Below, piece after piece: positions 34,179 through 34,179 of a stretch of 34,179 bases of DNA. Origin of the DNA: a virus (taxonomy: Duplodnaviria > Caudoviricetes); IMG/VR virus record IMGVR_UViG_3300025270_000040, positions 1 through 34,179 of that record; one strand, written 5' to 3'. The translations under genes were made by a program, and so were the position numbers. Every line of letters begins with the position of its first letter. Positions within the stretch are counted from its first letter, which is position 1. The notes beneath the pieces were generated by a model. It did no database searches, was not told the origin of the DNA, and saw only the letters and a list, made by a program, of their open reading frames with translations.

Positions 34179-34179
34179 C

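Noticed and set aside
32925-34179. Eukaryotic extensin/formin-like contamination
   Set aside because: Continuous frame into a phage-type C-terminal domain with a 4-bp overlap to the next gene.

Overview
Part of a tailed-phage genome, probably a podovirus-like phage of a Gram-negative aquatic host. No capsid, portal, terminase, DNA polymerase, endolysin, tRNA or CRISPR array is recognisable. Layout: (i) 1-7050, + strand early region: SNF2 helicase with a C-terminal Zn finger, many small hypotheticals, a stand-alone Fis-type HTH, a type I hammerhead ribozyme, a repeated hairpin motif, an 8-bp tandem array and a sigma70-type promoter. (ii) 7123-9413, - strand: T7 gp4-like primase-helicase and RusA, with a candidate antisense sRNA. 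(iii) 9474-16139, + strand: Cas4-like nuclease, Sak annealase, SSB, DUF3310, a stand-alone integrase arm-binding domain and a PAPS-reductase-like gene split at a G8 run. (iv) 16235-34179, one tightly coupled - strand late operon: virion/ejection-type proteins, spanin-like and holin-like genes, then two GFPI membrane paralogues, CsgF, CsgG, curlin-repeat protein, secreted FecR-domain protein, second curlin-repeat protein, HNH, hypothetical and an intact CHASE2 adenylate cyclase. The main candidate system is this curli-pore/FecR/CHASE2-cyclase module, possibly a phage-encoded surface-to-cAMP signalling apparatus. All family calls come from motif recognition by eye; no searches were run.
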